Of a stretch of 64,000 nt of DNA, positions 51,175 to 64,000 are shown piece by piece (the first letter of the stretch is position 1; every line of letters begins with the position of its first letter). The DNA is from Eledone cirrhosa (Eukaryota): NCBI GenBank assembly GCA_964016885.1, contig OZ024741.1, positions 163,494,001 through 163,558,000 of the forward strand, written 5' to 3'. A program made the translations under genes and the position numbers. The notes beneath the pieces were generated by a model. It searched no databases and had not been told where the DNA came from. It saw nothing but the letters and a program-made list of their open reading frames with translations.

Positions 51175-52109
51175 TCTATATATATAAAACTGTGGTTGTC
51201 TGTCTGTCTATCGATTTTTGGCACACATCTCCTCTTAGAATCTCTCACGGAATTGCACCGAAATTGCTATACTTGTACATTGAGCCCTAGCGAAGACATC
51301 GGAAAAAAAAAATTTAAAATTGACCCACCCTATGTGACGAAATCGAATATAATGTATCGATTTTTGAGCGTAAGTGATCAGTTATTTCCCTTTGTTCTGT
51401 TTACATTGAGCGTCTTACGTAACAAATTACGCTGGCTTTCTCAGCGTTTAAAATGACATAGCAAAATATTGACCTGCAAAATTCATCAGTTCGAACACTA
51501 AGCTTCCATTTTGCTTCATTTCCATTTAAAAGCATTTTAAAACAATATTTTTACTTGAAAACAAGTCTATTTAAAGACTACGTAAAACAAGCAAATATTT
51601 CGTCGTTAGGCGTGCAGAGAGACAGTCGTGCAGACAGACAGTCGTGCAGACAGACAGTCGTGCAGAGAGGTGATATACGCGTGCAGACAGACAGTCGTGC
51701 AGAGAGGTGATATAGGCGTGCAGACAGACAGTCGTGCAGAGAGGTGATATAGGCGTGCAGACAGACAGTCGTGCAGAGAGGTGATATAGGCGTGCAGACA
51801 GACATAACTGATAATTTGGTTACGCTAATGTTTTTCTCTGCGTTGCAGTGTTTACATTTTCGATCTTTGTTAATAAATAACCAGTGCAGTTTCTATCCCC
51901 AGCATCCTCTTTTGTTATAACATTCGGGTTATCGTTATGTTTTCTTAACTTCATAAGGCATATTGTTGGTTGAGGGAATATTAATCAAAAACACCACATG
52001 TAAGTCTGCACAGGAGACACTACAGTTTTTAAGCCAAGAAAGAAACTTAACATTGTAACTTTAACACAGCTACTGAGCGACCCCGAGCAACGCCGGGCTT
52101 TACTGCTAG
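51175..52109 (+). mobile_element. Non-autonomous Helitron
   Basis: 5' TCTATATATATAAAA, 3' hairpin cccg..cggg about 10 nt before the terminal CTAG, inserted between A and T with no TSD. Confidence 0.78.
51608..51803. repeat. 37-bp minisatellite (with 16-bp subunit) inside the Helitron
   Basis: cgtgcagacagacagtcgtgcagagaggtgatatagg repeated ~4 times after 16-bp cgtgcagacagacagt units. Confidence 0.92.
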
Positions 52110-52159
52110 TAAACTATATAATTATAAGACATCAATATGATAAAGAATGGTTATATAAC

Positions 52160-52223
<64 letters not shown>

Positions 52224-55049
52224 TTCATATATATATATATAACCTGTATATTTTGTAAGATACTCGAAATCACTGCAATTTCAGGCAATATTTCACAAAA
52301 TAATGTGTACAATATCAATACTATCAAGTTAAGTATAATATATTTCCAAAGACCTAATACATCAGGCGCTGAAATGTCGTGTTATAGAATCAATATTTTC
52401 GTATGTAAGATGTATTCAATATCCGATACACACCTGATCTAAACATTCAACCACAAGATCAAAATATTTTCTTAATATGTTTATTTTGAACACAAGAAAA
52501 TGTAATAGATATTCATAAATTATGAAGTAACGATAAACATTACATAATATATTATGACAAACTCGTTATAACCGTAAAAGCTAAAAGGCTTTCTCTCTTA
52601 TTTTCTCACTTCAAAACAACTAATGACAGCTAGCAGAGCATAGAAATAGAATAATAAGAGCTAATCAGTGATCATGCTGATGCTACCACCAACATGTTGA
52701 TGTCGCTATGTCGTACTCTAAGAACTACAATTCCTTTTCAAACGATTTACTGTTAATGGCTTATTTTGATCTTAGATTTAATGCAGCTACAACAGCATAA
52801 CTGAACATAGTAAATGACAATGAAAGGTTGTTGAATTTACATGATATGGTATGAATAATTTCCACTCACTTGTTTAATATCCAAAGTTTGATTGTGTTGT
52901 TAAAAATAATATAATATAGACTACACGCTTATATGTTGTGTCTTTTAAGGAGAAATTAATCCAGGTCTAATATTCTAAGTTGGTAGAGGCAATCTTTCAA
53001 AATGTGCATTAACAGAACTGAAACCTCATAAGATATTTGTTTTCGGGATACATTTTCGACAAACTGATACAAATATGTATCAACCATTTTTTAAAATAGT
53101 GCCATCTCACTTCAATTAAATGAAGAAACGTCATCAACATTCCATATTCTAATACCTTTCGCAAAATCAAAAGGTTATATTTGTCATAATAGAACTTATG
53201 TATTTATATACATGTAAACCAAAGCTGCCAGATCTTCCCCTCACCAACTAATCATTCATAACACTACCTATGCAGTAAAAAATTATAGGTTAAAGATTTG
53301 TTTCTTTCAAAAGGACTTTGTGGACACAAGATAGATTATAAATTAATTGTTATGGATACTGAAGCAAATATTTCTTATATTTAACGTGATGTGATGAAGG
53401 ATACAAAGAACTTTCTCGTCGCTTTAAGTTGTTATAATGATGCTTCTATTATCGAAACTAGCAGAAAAACCACCCTTTGGGTGGTTTTCTGCTAGCATGT
53501 GCAGTGTGCATATTGATATTATACGCAAATATAATATGCATGTAGATATGATACATCAAATAAAATCGCAATTGACAATATCCACAGAAATTGAACGAAG
53601 TCTGTGTTACACTCTCTTATGTAATCAGTAACGTAATCCATGATACATTAAAAAAGTCGATATTATATATTATCTGCATTAGGAGAAATTAGTGACGGAA
53701 ATATATGAATGTTTACTTAAGCGATCGCTTACCGGAGGTGTTGACATTTGAAAATGTTAAAGAAGTGAATCTTTAAATAAGCAATAAAATATATTTAATC
53801 AAAAGCTTCGAAATTTAGTAGATAAATTATGTAATATACATTCAATATTTATTCAAAGTAATTTTACAAACGGGATAAAAAAATATATTCTGGACGCAGT
53901 CCCGCACTCCTTTCTTTATTATTCGTAAGATATGAGTGAGAAATACTTGAAGAATGGTTACTAACATACCTTTTTTTATATATTTATTCAATTTTTAAAT
54001 ATTATTTTATATAATCATTGCTAGAATGTCAGTAATGAATGTCTTTTAACTCCTCCTCCTGGCTTCGTAGGGGCGTCATAGTGGTGTACGGTGTTTTGGG
54101 GATATTTAAAATCTGTTTGACATCATCCTTCTCTAGTTCTGAACACATCCAATTCCTCCAAGAGTAAGAGAGAAAGAGAGGGGGGAGACAGACAGACAGA
54201 TAAAGAGGAAGGAATAATTGCCCCAGTCCTGGACTGGTAATTTATTTATGGACCTGAATATTTTCAAATATTATAGATGCGTACGAGAGCTTAAAATTAT
54301 AAATGACTTCATCCAGGTATTGAAACTTAAAAATGTACCTTATGTCTTCTAAATCTATGACATAATTTCTATTAAAGACATTTATAATACCAACTGTAAC
54401 ACAGATAGTTAAAGGCTGATATTTTTATAACTATCTGATGTTGATTCCAAGTAAGATATGCAAATCGAAAATGTGAGATGCGAAAGATAATAAAATGGAT
54501 TATTTAATGTTTGCAATAAAAACGAAAAGAAAGAAAACGAATATAAATTGCGAAAGTAAGGGAAGAAAACTATTTCACGTTATTTTTTATGAACTGAAAT
54601 TTAAATCTTTTTATTCGATAAAGCAACATTTACTCGTTTCCATAAATGTTTACTAGTAAACTTATGATACTGAAAATCTGCAGTAGTAGAAATTAAAGAC
54701 TAATTTTCCAGTTTGATACAGTGTGAGTGTGTCTGTGAAACATATACGTATATACAAAGTCTGAACACGAAAGAACCAAACTCTTACTGTCACTGTCTCC
54801 ATCTCTCCTGCTCTCCCATCTCTCACTATTATGAGCAAATGGGAGCCCACACGAATTCCATATTTTGTAACCAAAACTATCTATTAACGAGTATGTTTTT
54901 TTCTTCTTACTAAGAGGTTGCAGGGTAGCAATCCAGGATTGTGCGGATCAGTATGACTGATGAAAATCGACATTGCATATAAATCGACATTGACAGCATA
55001 TATTTAGGCAAGACGACAAACAAGGACGTGTACAGTTGATAAAATTAAC

Positions 55050-55196
55050 AGCAGTACTTGACTGATACATTATAAACAGAAAAATAAAGGATAAAGTTGA
55101 AATCGACGGGATTTAAATTCAGAATGCTAAGAACGAGAAAAAATACCGCAATTGCATTTTTATTCGACAGTCTAGCAATTTTTCCAATCCACCGGC
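55050..55196 (-). mobile_element. Old degenerate SINE copy
   Basis: aaagttgaaatcgacgggatttaaattcagaa...ccaatccacc aligns by eye with the SINE. Confidence 0.55.
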
Positions 55197-55820
55197 TCGA
55201 TAATACTGAGTTTTGTGAAAGGAATTAAGAATTGGATGTATGAGAGAGAAATGCTGGATGTGATTTGTTTATAAACGCCATTTCAGTCTCAATTCCATGT
55301 TGATGCTATTTCGCTGTTCTGGGTGCTAGTGCTACCGAGAAAAACTATCAACGCTATAGGATTTAATCTCTGTAAAAATCAGCTGTATTTCTGACGTGCC
55401 ACTAATGTTTTAGACTTGAATCTTTATTTTGAAATATTTTGTCCCATATCTCTATTACAGAAGACATTCTAAATGTGATTGCTATCAATACAAATATAAG
55501 ACTTATTTACATAAATTCCAAAATAGCAGCTGTAGGGGATGGCATAGTATGGACATTGAGATGTGTATGACAGTGTAAAGTAGACTAAGCAATATAAATG
55601 AAACTCTTTCGACTGGTTATATACTTGTGTACAAATTGTAGTTCAGTGCGCCCCCATAGTACATATACTGAAGGAATGTTATAGACACACGTACATGCAT
55701 ACACACACACGCACACACACAAATTCACACACACACATATACACACACACTCACTCTCTCTCTCTCCCACACACGCACACGCCCACACCCATCCATTGAA
55801 CCACACACAAATATATATAC

Positions 55821-55908
<88 letters not shown>

Positions 55909-57157
55909 CTGTATGCATAAAGAAGGAGAATATTAGAATGATACTTACGCAAATGTTCGCTTCGTTAATGTGATATTTTGTTCTCTTTGAACCCTCAAGT
56001 CAGATTTAGTTTTAAAACCCGTCATAATGAAATTAAAATGGCGTCACATCTGCATAATCGATAAAAGTTGACAACGAGAATAATGGCTTCTCACAAAGCC
56101 TGAAGACTAATAGTTACTGACTGGAGAAATAGATACACATGATATTCAACTGATGTGACAGAAACACTCATAAGAGAATCTTTTTTTTGTTTTTATTATT
56201 AGTTGAGACATATATTAATTTCTTCCTCCATTTCCAAGAGATAATGTCATATAATAAATCTTTTTGTTTTCCGTTTTGAAGACGTTAAATAATGAATGTA
56301 TCATAGTTTTTTTCAAACAGGAAGAAGGTTAAAGTTATTACATTTGTGGACTACATTTATGAGTGCTTGTCAAAATACAGATAGTACAATGTTTTGAAAT
56401 GCATGTATTTTTACAATTAATTGTTTCTACTTTTGGCACAAGGTCAATGAACGGTGTTACCATGTGTATGCAGTACATATTTTTAAGACCACCCGTGACC
56501 TGTTGGGTCACGTTCAGTTCAAAGTATTTTTTAAAAATCGTGTTCACTTAAAAATAATTTTTAAATAATTAAAATATACACAGACATGTATTTAATGTGA
56601 AACGTAATTGGAAGGCCCATATATATATATACGTGTGTGTATGTATATATATAAATGTGTGTGTGAGTATACATATATATATATGTGTGTGTGTATATAT
56701 ATATATATATGTGGGTGTCTGTGATCTATATACACACACACATATATATATATACACACACTCACGTATATACACCACCGGCTCTCTCTCTCTTCCATTC
56801 TCCTTCTCTGTCTCCTCTCCATCTCTCACACCAACTATGATTTAGGCGAAACTTGTATTCCATTTGTATCCCAATTTCAAGGTCAACTTCATTTCAAAGT
56901 ATTTTCCTATTATTCGCCCTTTTGTTTGTATTACATTACAGACATGCAAGCTAGCAAGCAATCACTGGGTTTTAGTAGTATATAGATGGCTAATATTTCA
57001 GACAACTATATTCCCTTATGTGCAAGATTGGTGAATTATTCGAATATACATTATATTTTAAATATTTGGTTTTAAACTGGATATACGAAATAGAACAATT
57101 ATCATGTTGTATGTTATATATAATATTTGGTATTATCATTATTGTTATGGCGGTGAG

Positions 57158-57608
57158 GGCGGTGGATTGGCAGCATCGGTAGAGGCTCGGACGCCATGCT
57201 TTGCCGCATAGACTTACGGCCCTTTATAATCTGAGTCCAAATCCCGTCGAGGTTAACTTTGCCTTTCATCCTTAAGGGGTCGATAAAATAAAGTACCAGT
57301 CACGCACTGGGGTCAATTTCATCAAATTGTCCCCCCCCCCCAAAAAAAAAATTGCTGGCCTTGTGCCTATATAAGAAACCATTATTGTTATGGCGGTGGA
57401 TTGTTAGTATCTGTAGAGCCGCGGACAATATGCTTTATGGCATAGGTTTACACCCACTTACGATCTAAGTTCAAATCCTATCGAGGTTAGTTTTGCCTTT
57501 CATCCTTAAGGGGGCGGTAAAATAAAGTACCAGTAATGCACTGGTTTCGATTCAATCGACTTTCCCCTCCCCTTCAAATTGCTGGCCTTGTGGCTAAAGT
57601 AGAAACAC
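57158..57608 (+). mobile_element. Two nested/tandem SINE copies (57158-57385, 57392-57608)
   Basis: Both full-length long variants. A 19-bp duplication cattattgttatggcggtg occurs at 57137-57155 and 57380-57398. Confidence 0.9.
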
Positions 57609-58040
57609 TTATTATTATAATTATTTTTTATTATTATTATTTTTATTGCACATCATTACTGCTTTACCGAGCACAGCTCTGTGCACCTTGGGTATGAGCA
57701 ATGTAGTTTTCGCTGATCTTGTTTCTATTGTATTGATAGTACTTTTCGTAATATGTGTGCAGTGCTTAGTGGTGCTATCTGTTGTATGTTGTACATATTT
57801 GTAAGTAAATGATTTCTTTTTTTTTTTCATAGATAATATAACTAAATTCTTCAGGACACACACGGTTTACCACACACATATGTATATGAACCTGCATATA
57901 CATACATACACACCGACACACACACGCATCCATATATGTATGTGTGTATGTGTATGTGTGTGTGTAGTATGAACAGGATACAAGGAATAAGTAGGTGAGA
58001 TATGTTGGAATTCGAAGAAACATTTATTACACAATAAGGT

Positions 58041-58082
58041 CTCGAACACGTGTTTCGATGCAATTATGCAATCGTCTACGAA
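58041..58082 (-). ncRNA. Hammerhead-like motif with a variant core
   Basis: ttcg-TAGACGA-t tgca taat tgca tc-GAAA-CACGTG-TT-cgag, with AATAAA downstream. Confidence 0.5.
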
Positions 58083-58359
58083 AGTTGAATTATTACATGT
58101 TTCATAACCCACTGACGCGCACTGCGTGTTTTTACGTTCACATTTCATTTGAGAGGTTCGAAGGAAAACTGAGGTTTTGAGATCGAGGCCACGCTTATAT
58201 AGTAAATCCAGCATATACTCAAACTGCTTATTGTCAAATTTACCAGATAATAATCGGACAAATATAAATTTAAATAAATATATAGAGAAATATATATACA
58301 TGCGCACATTTCTGATGTACAAATTAGAGAGGAGGTGAACAAAAATGTTAAAGTAGCCA

Positions 58360-59070
58360 ATAATTGAAAAGGTAAATTAAACTTTACAGACCCACCTTTA
58401 TAGTTATAATTATTTTGCATTTTACATACTTTTCGTAGACTTTATGTTCTTCACTTTAGTGGTTCTCTACCTGTTGTAATTAAAAACATAGCCTTTTTGT
58501 GTTTTCTTCTCTATATACTGTATTATGAAGAGACCGGTACTTAATCCCCGAGCTCATTAAATTAAAGGGGATTAACACGAGTCTTGAACTCGGTTTTTTC
58601 ATTTGATATTTTGGCTCCTAATTTCTTTATGTTAGTTGATATTTTTAAGTTGAATGGTTATAGACTGCGATTTTTAACAGTTTCTTGATACCTTCAAGCC
58701 ACTATGTACTGTCTGGTGCGCATGTTTTCGTTTCTCTCACCATGAGCGCTATTTCAGTTGTCTAAAGTCTCTTTAGAAGTGTTGACCGTATCTTCTTTAC
58801 ACCTGTTGACGAGCCCTGAAAGGTTATAGCAACAACACTGTTTATGGACAAGCAATCTCTTATTTGAATGGGTGGTTTGTAGATTCTAATTTACCTTTTT
58901 AATTATTTTGTATTTTCCACACTTTTCGTAGACTTTATATTCTTCACTCTAGTGAAAACATACCCTTTTTGTGTTTTTTTCTCTATATACTGTATTATGA
59001 AGAGCCCGGTACTTATCCTTGCGCTCATTAAATTACAGGGGATTAACGCAAGTCTTTAACTTCGTCTTTT
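58360..59070. repeat. Local direct (58408-58600 / 58901-59070) and inverted (58360-58396 / 58871-58908) duplication
   Basis: acttttcgtagactttat...ctctatatactgtattatgaagag occurs twice, and aaaaggtaaatta..cagacccacc is inverted. Confidence 0.7.
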
Positions 59071-61606
59071 GATTTTAGATATATCTATATATATATATAT
59101 ATATATATACACACAATATTCGTCGGTCAAGGTAGCAACCTGTACGTAGAAATAACACTGTTACAAAATTGTCATGAATAATGCAAATTTATATTATTAC
59201 AAATATATGTTGGAACTAAAAATTTACGGAAACGCTAATATACTCTACAGTATAAGACCTGCACACCTGATAAGTGATAAGTGTGACTTTAACCACAAAT
59301 ATGATGCGAAACACGACAAGCAGATATCGGCCATGTGCAGGTAGTGGCATACCGGTAGATATATTAGCATGGTAATATACAGTAATTATGAGATATAAAT
59401 TGATTGCACTAAGTTAGTCTATTAAATTTAAGGGATACGAGTAAAATAAAAAGTATTTTCACAAATACTATTATATAATAATCAATCTCCTTCTCCAAAA
59501 TATAGATGAAAATAGTGCAAAAATATTTCTAGCCCCATTCAATCGGTTTCAATCCTCGATTAGAGTCATCTTACTGTAGCAAATGCATGAACTCACATAT
59601 ACACGTTCTACTTCTCTATAAATTTGAATGTTTATATTAAAAAACAAATATTACACATTCTTTTTTTATAGAAATTATTGATAGCTTTTGAATAGATGTC
59701 TGCCGTTTACTACTGACAGAGTGTCTTTTGAACGCAACTATACACTACAGACAATCTTGTACATTTCCAAAGTTCTACGTTATCAGAAAAAATACACTAT
59801 AAAATATAATTCCACTCCATACCATTCCTATTGAATAGATTGTGAAATTGTTTTTATTTAATCAATTTATACTAGAATTACTATTTGCAGAATCTCACGG
59901 AAACAAAAGTGTTACTATCCTCATAATCAAACAATTTTGAGTTTTGAATAGAATGTTGAAATTGTGTAAACATCCGCTAAAAGAAGTAAATGCATTTAAA
60001 GAATAAAATGCTAATGATAGGCCTATTGAAATTTGTAAACAACATGGTCTTTTACAGGAAAAAACATTACCACGCTTGTCTGAGACATTGGTAGAAAAGT
60101 GAAATCATTGGAGTTGTTGTACTAAAAGAAGCTAAAAATTAAACTTAAACAATCGTAAATAAAGTAGCCGGTTGTCTTTTAAACCATATTGCTTTTTAAA
60201 GTAAAATATATAAATATACCCCACGTTATTTAATCCATAAAAGACATTAGAAACTATGAGTTATTTTATTCTTCTCCTCACGTCTCTCAATAGTTTTGTT
60301 GTTGGTTTATTATCCCCTGTTAATAAATTAGTCTTCACAGAGGAAGAATGGCCACAAATGTGAGTTATTCGGCTAGATAATATGTCGTTTTGGAAAATAT
60401 GTCTTTATTAATAATGTCAATATCTAATTTGATTTTATAACAATCTAATTTAGCTTTACTTTGTGCTTCTGGCTGACATACATGTCTGTACTACATACTA
60501 GTGCCGTTGATATTATTCTGCTTCGTGTGACATGTGTTTGTTACATGCTTATCTTTGGAGAAATCGAAGACATAATCAAAATTTTCGCCAATATAATGAA
60601 ACATGCCGAAGCATTACTCATTCAACAACCACATTAGAAGTTATAATATAAATTTTAGCACAGTGAATCAATGTTATGAAGATCTATAAATTTGCGCATC
60701 GATTTATAAGGACATTTATAAAACGTAATGAGGTAAAGCAAAATATACGGGTGCTGAGTAAAAGTTAACAAAACTCTGATGAGTTTGCAAACGTACAATA
60801 TCTACAATTGAAAGAAAAAAAACATGTTGAACAGGATTTTGTGGCATTAATTCCATTCCTAAATTTATAAGAAACGTATCTACAAAGTCTAAAGTTGAGA
60901 TTTAGGGAAACATTTCTATTGTAAGTTGAATATATTTCACGTGGTTGATGGCGGTGGGCAGCAAATTATTTCAAAGCAGAAGAATCCTTTACTTCCGGTA
61001 CTAAATGGGCGTCGGTCACATTAGTGCTAGAAAATAACATACTTGTTTAATACGACATTATTCAAGGATACAACTGTAAAGAATATAAAAGAGTAATTTA
61101 CCACCGTATACTTTGGAAATATGACTTTATATATAGTTTTATTATCTTTTTCATTTAGGAATTATGAGCAAGGTTCCTCTACTACTCACTCAGTTCCGAA
61201 CAGTTTCATGTGTTCTTTCATTTGCATCTATTTACGTTTTACATGCTGCAATAATTTAGTCCTATATTCAGTATATGGATTTCTACCATTCTATAATTCA
61301 CACAACTGATTTATTCGTCTATACATGGTGGGGAATTGCATACTACGTTTCATCGTTTCATTGTAACTGAGGAAGGGCTACACCTTAATTATTTATCCGA
61401 TCGACAACTTTTATAATTTTCTGATAAAGTTTCCAAATCTTAGGGAGAAATAAATGAATTCTTCGTCCGATTACTTATGCATTTTTTACGAACAAAATGT
61501 GTATCTTCAGTGAAATACACATGGAAGTTCTTGACATAGCTCGCTACTTGAGTATTGAGCACTTTCATTAGTTTGATAATATTATATATTAAGGTTAAAA
61601 ATATAT

Positions 61607-61740
61607 AATTGTTTCTACTTTAGGCACAAAGCCAGCAATTACCCAGTGCATTACTGGTACTTTATTTTATCGACCCCGTAAGGATGAAAGGCAAAGTCAA
61701 CCTCGGCGGGATTTGAACTTAGATCGTAAAGGGACGTAAC
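61607..61740 (-). mobile_element. SINE copy, 5'-truncated
   Basis: Core and tail. Confidence 0.88.
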
Positions 61741-62021
61741 TATATATAATAATAGCTGGTTCTATAGTTAAAATTTGAGCGCCAAAACATTCATTGACAA
61801 ATAGGTTTTGCACTCAAATAGCAGCTTGTAATGGCGGCGTTAGAAACTACCTTAGGCTAATGTTTATCCCTCTGTAAACAACCGTTGTTATTGTTGAGAA
61901 AAAAATATTTGAATAAGAAGCAATATTGTTACATGGTTTATAATAAACAATATACTTTACTCAAAGAAAAAAACGTATTATTATAATTGTCCATGTTGTT
62001 CTATGTCTTGCTGTTATATTA

Positions 62022-62175
62022 GCAGTATCGGGAGGGTTGGATGCCATGCATTACAGCATAGAGTTCAAATCCCACTGACATTAACTTTGCCTTTCATCCT
62101 TACGGCGTCGATAAAATAAAGTACCAGTAATACAGTGGAATAATTTCTGGCCTTGTGCCAAAAGTATAAACAATT
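62022..62175 (+). mobile_element. SINE copy with internal deletion
   Basis: Head remnant, core and tail. Confidence 0.82.
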
Positions 62176-62415
62176 ATTTTGTGTTTCGTAGAAAGAATGC
62201 AAAACAGAAATGAACGGTTAACAAAATCAACTTTAAATTTAAAGACATGCCAAATAACAGATTATGGGCTTCGGAAAACTTAACACTACAGATCAATACA
62301 TCGGCACGTAATTCCTACAGTCATGAAAACAAAATGAAATAATCGGAGTGACGCGTCTTTAGTTTTACATATCTCACAAGAAAGTGTAGCATCAATTTAT
62401 ATATAATTTAGGGTA

Positions 62416-62532
<117 letters not shown>

Positions 62533-62740
62533 TAGAGAGAGAGTGAGAGAGAGACTGAGGGGGGGGGGATACATTGATATAAAAATTCTTTAGATGTTTC
62601 TGATGCGAAAACCTAAAAGAGAAATGTCTGCTTGAAGAATCAGAGGTGAAGAGCCGCCAGTTAACTTCTTTCAGAGAATAAAATTGATGCAGTGGCACAC
62701 ACACAAACACGTCACACGAACATTCATATATGCACTATAA

Positions 62741-62789
<49 letters not shown>

Positions 62790-62901
62790 CGCGTGTATAT
62801 ATATATGAATATATATAAACATATGTATACATATTTATATATATATATATAATCATCTCTAACGTCACGATATATATTATCACCACATTATTGATAACTT
62901 G

Positions 62902-62964
<63 letters not shown>

Positions 62965-62967
62965 ATA

Positions 62968-63021
<54 letters not shown>

Positions 63022-63037
63022 TATATATACACACACA

Positions 63038-63082
<45 letters not shown>

Positions 63083-63389
63083 AGATAGAAGAGTGCTGGA
63101 GACATTATATTAATTGAAATATTCTAGATATATGAAGTAGAATGAAAACATAAATATGAAAAAAAAGACAAGAAATGATTAATGGTAACCAGAGGCTTTA
63201 CATTTTAGAGAATCGTGGTACATGTGCAAAATAGTGAGATCAAAATCCTATAAATCTATAGATGTAGTGTGAATATTTAGTATTATTATTTATGGTTATA
63301 TTTTTCTTTCTTTTGGTCCGTTATCAGTATATAGACCTATGTAAAATAGAGTAAACAGCTATATAATTATTAAGTTAATAAACCAGCTT

Positions 63390-63735
63390 TCTAGCATAGT
63401 TACGCCCCTTTACGCTCTGAGTTCAAATCCCGTCGAGGTTAACTTTGCCTTACATCCTTAGAGGGTCGATAAAATAAAGTACCAGTAATGTACTGCGAAA
63501 TTACTGGCTTTGTGCCAAAAGTAGAAACAATTATTATATCTACAAAACGGTGGATTGGCAGTATTGGTAGACGGTCCGACGCCATGCTTTGACGCATAGA
63601 GTTACGGCCCTTTCCATTCTGAGTTCAAATCTCACCGACGTTAACTTTGCCTTTCATCCTTACGGGGTCGATAAAATAAAGTACCAGTAATGCACTGGGA
63701 TAATTGCTGGCCTTGTGCCAAAAGTAGAAACAATT
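63390..63735 (+). mobile_element. Two tandem SINE copies (63390-63532, 63548-63735)
   Basis: Both have core and tail. aattatta(t/a)atctacaaaac is duplicated around the second copy. Confidence 0.88.
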
Positions 63736-63757
63736 ATTAAATCTACAAAACCGTATG

Positions 63758-63858
63758 ATGCTGTATGGCTAAGGAGTTCTCACCGCAAACATGAGGTTCC
63801 ACACACTGTACGACTGTGAGCAAGTGTCTTCGAGATGATCAATGCCTTATGAGTGAAA
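63758..63858 (+). mobile_element. Degenerate CORE-type SINE fragment
   Basis: tgtatggctaagga..catgaggttcc..gagcaagtgtctt..gccttatgagtg resembles octopus CORE SINEs (from recall). A similar remnant lies on the - strand near 31045-31155. Confidence 0.45.
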
Positions 63859-63870
63859 TATATATATATA

Positions 63871-63990
63871 ATTGTTTCTACTTTTGGCACAAGGCCAGCA
63901 ATTACCCAGTGCATTACTGGTACTTTATTTTATCGACCCCGGAAGGAGGAAAGGCAAAGTTAACCTCGGCGGGATTTGAACTCAGATCAT
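63871..63990 (-). mobile_element. SINE copy (near the window end)
   Basis: Core and tail. Confidence 0.88.
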
Positions 63991-64000
63991 ACAGGGAGGT

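Noticed and set aside
51608-51803. CRISPR-like 37-bp periodicity
   Set aside because: No unique spacers, eukaryotic context, no cas genes; it is a minisatellite.
57867-58322. 151-aa ORF with FVDD resembling an RT active site
   Set aside because: No other RT motifs. The codons coincide with a hammerhead-like TAGACGA core, and the ORF ends in microsatellite.

Overview
AT-rich, microsatellite-saturated eukaryotic intergenic or intronic DNA, most likely from an octopod cephalopod (inferred from recalled SINE types, not verified). No host gene can be identified with confidence, and almost all ORFs in the track are (TA)n/(CA)n/(GA)n artefacts. The real content is retroelements nested in microsatellites. 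(i) An apparently intact ~5.8 kb Tx1/L1-type LINE (Zn-knuckle ORF1, APE-RT ORF2) sits between (GATA)n tracts. (ii) Six Penelope-like element (PLE; RT/GIY-YIG) copies, all truncated or frameshifted, lie in or next to (TA)n, and two have a clear inverted 3'-end copy. (iii) About a dozen short non-coding fold-back or solo PLE-terminus pieces are present, many with minimal type I hammerhead ribozyme (HHR) motifs with a palindromic helix III. (iv) There are ~15 copies of a tRNA-derived SINE, plus a Helitron, hAT pieces and RTE/CR1 3' remnants. The best novelty candidates are a 259-bp unit with a full tRNA-like cloverleaf and Pol III terminator in a PLE-style tandem+inverted arrangement (9648-10334), a retrozyme-like HHR direct repeat (34059-34748), the HHR fold-back mini-elements with recurrent core variants, and a possible (ATCT)n-targeting Tx1 LINE. 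Coordinates were read by eye and may be off by a few bases.
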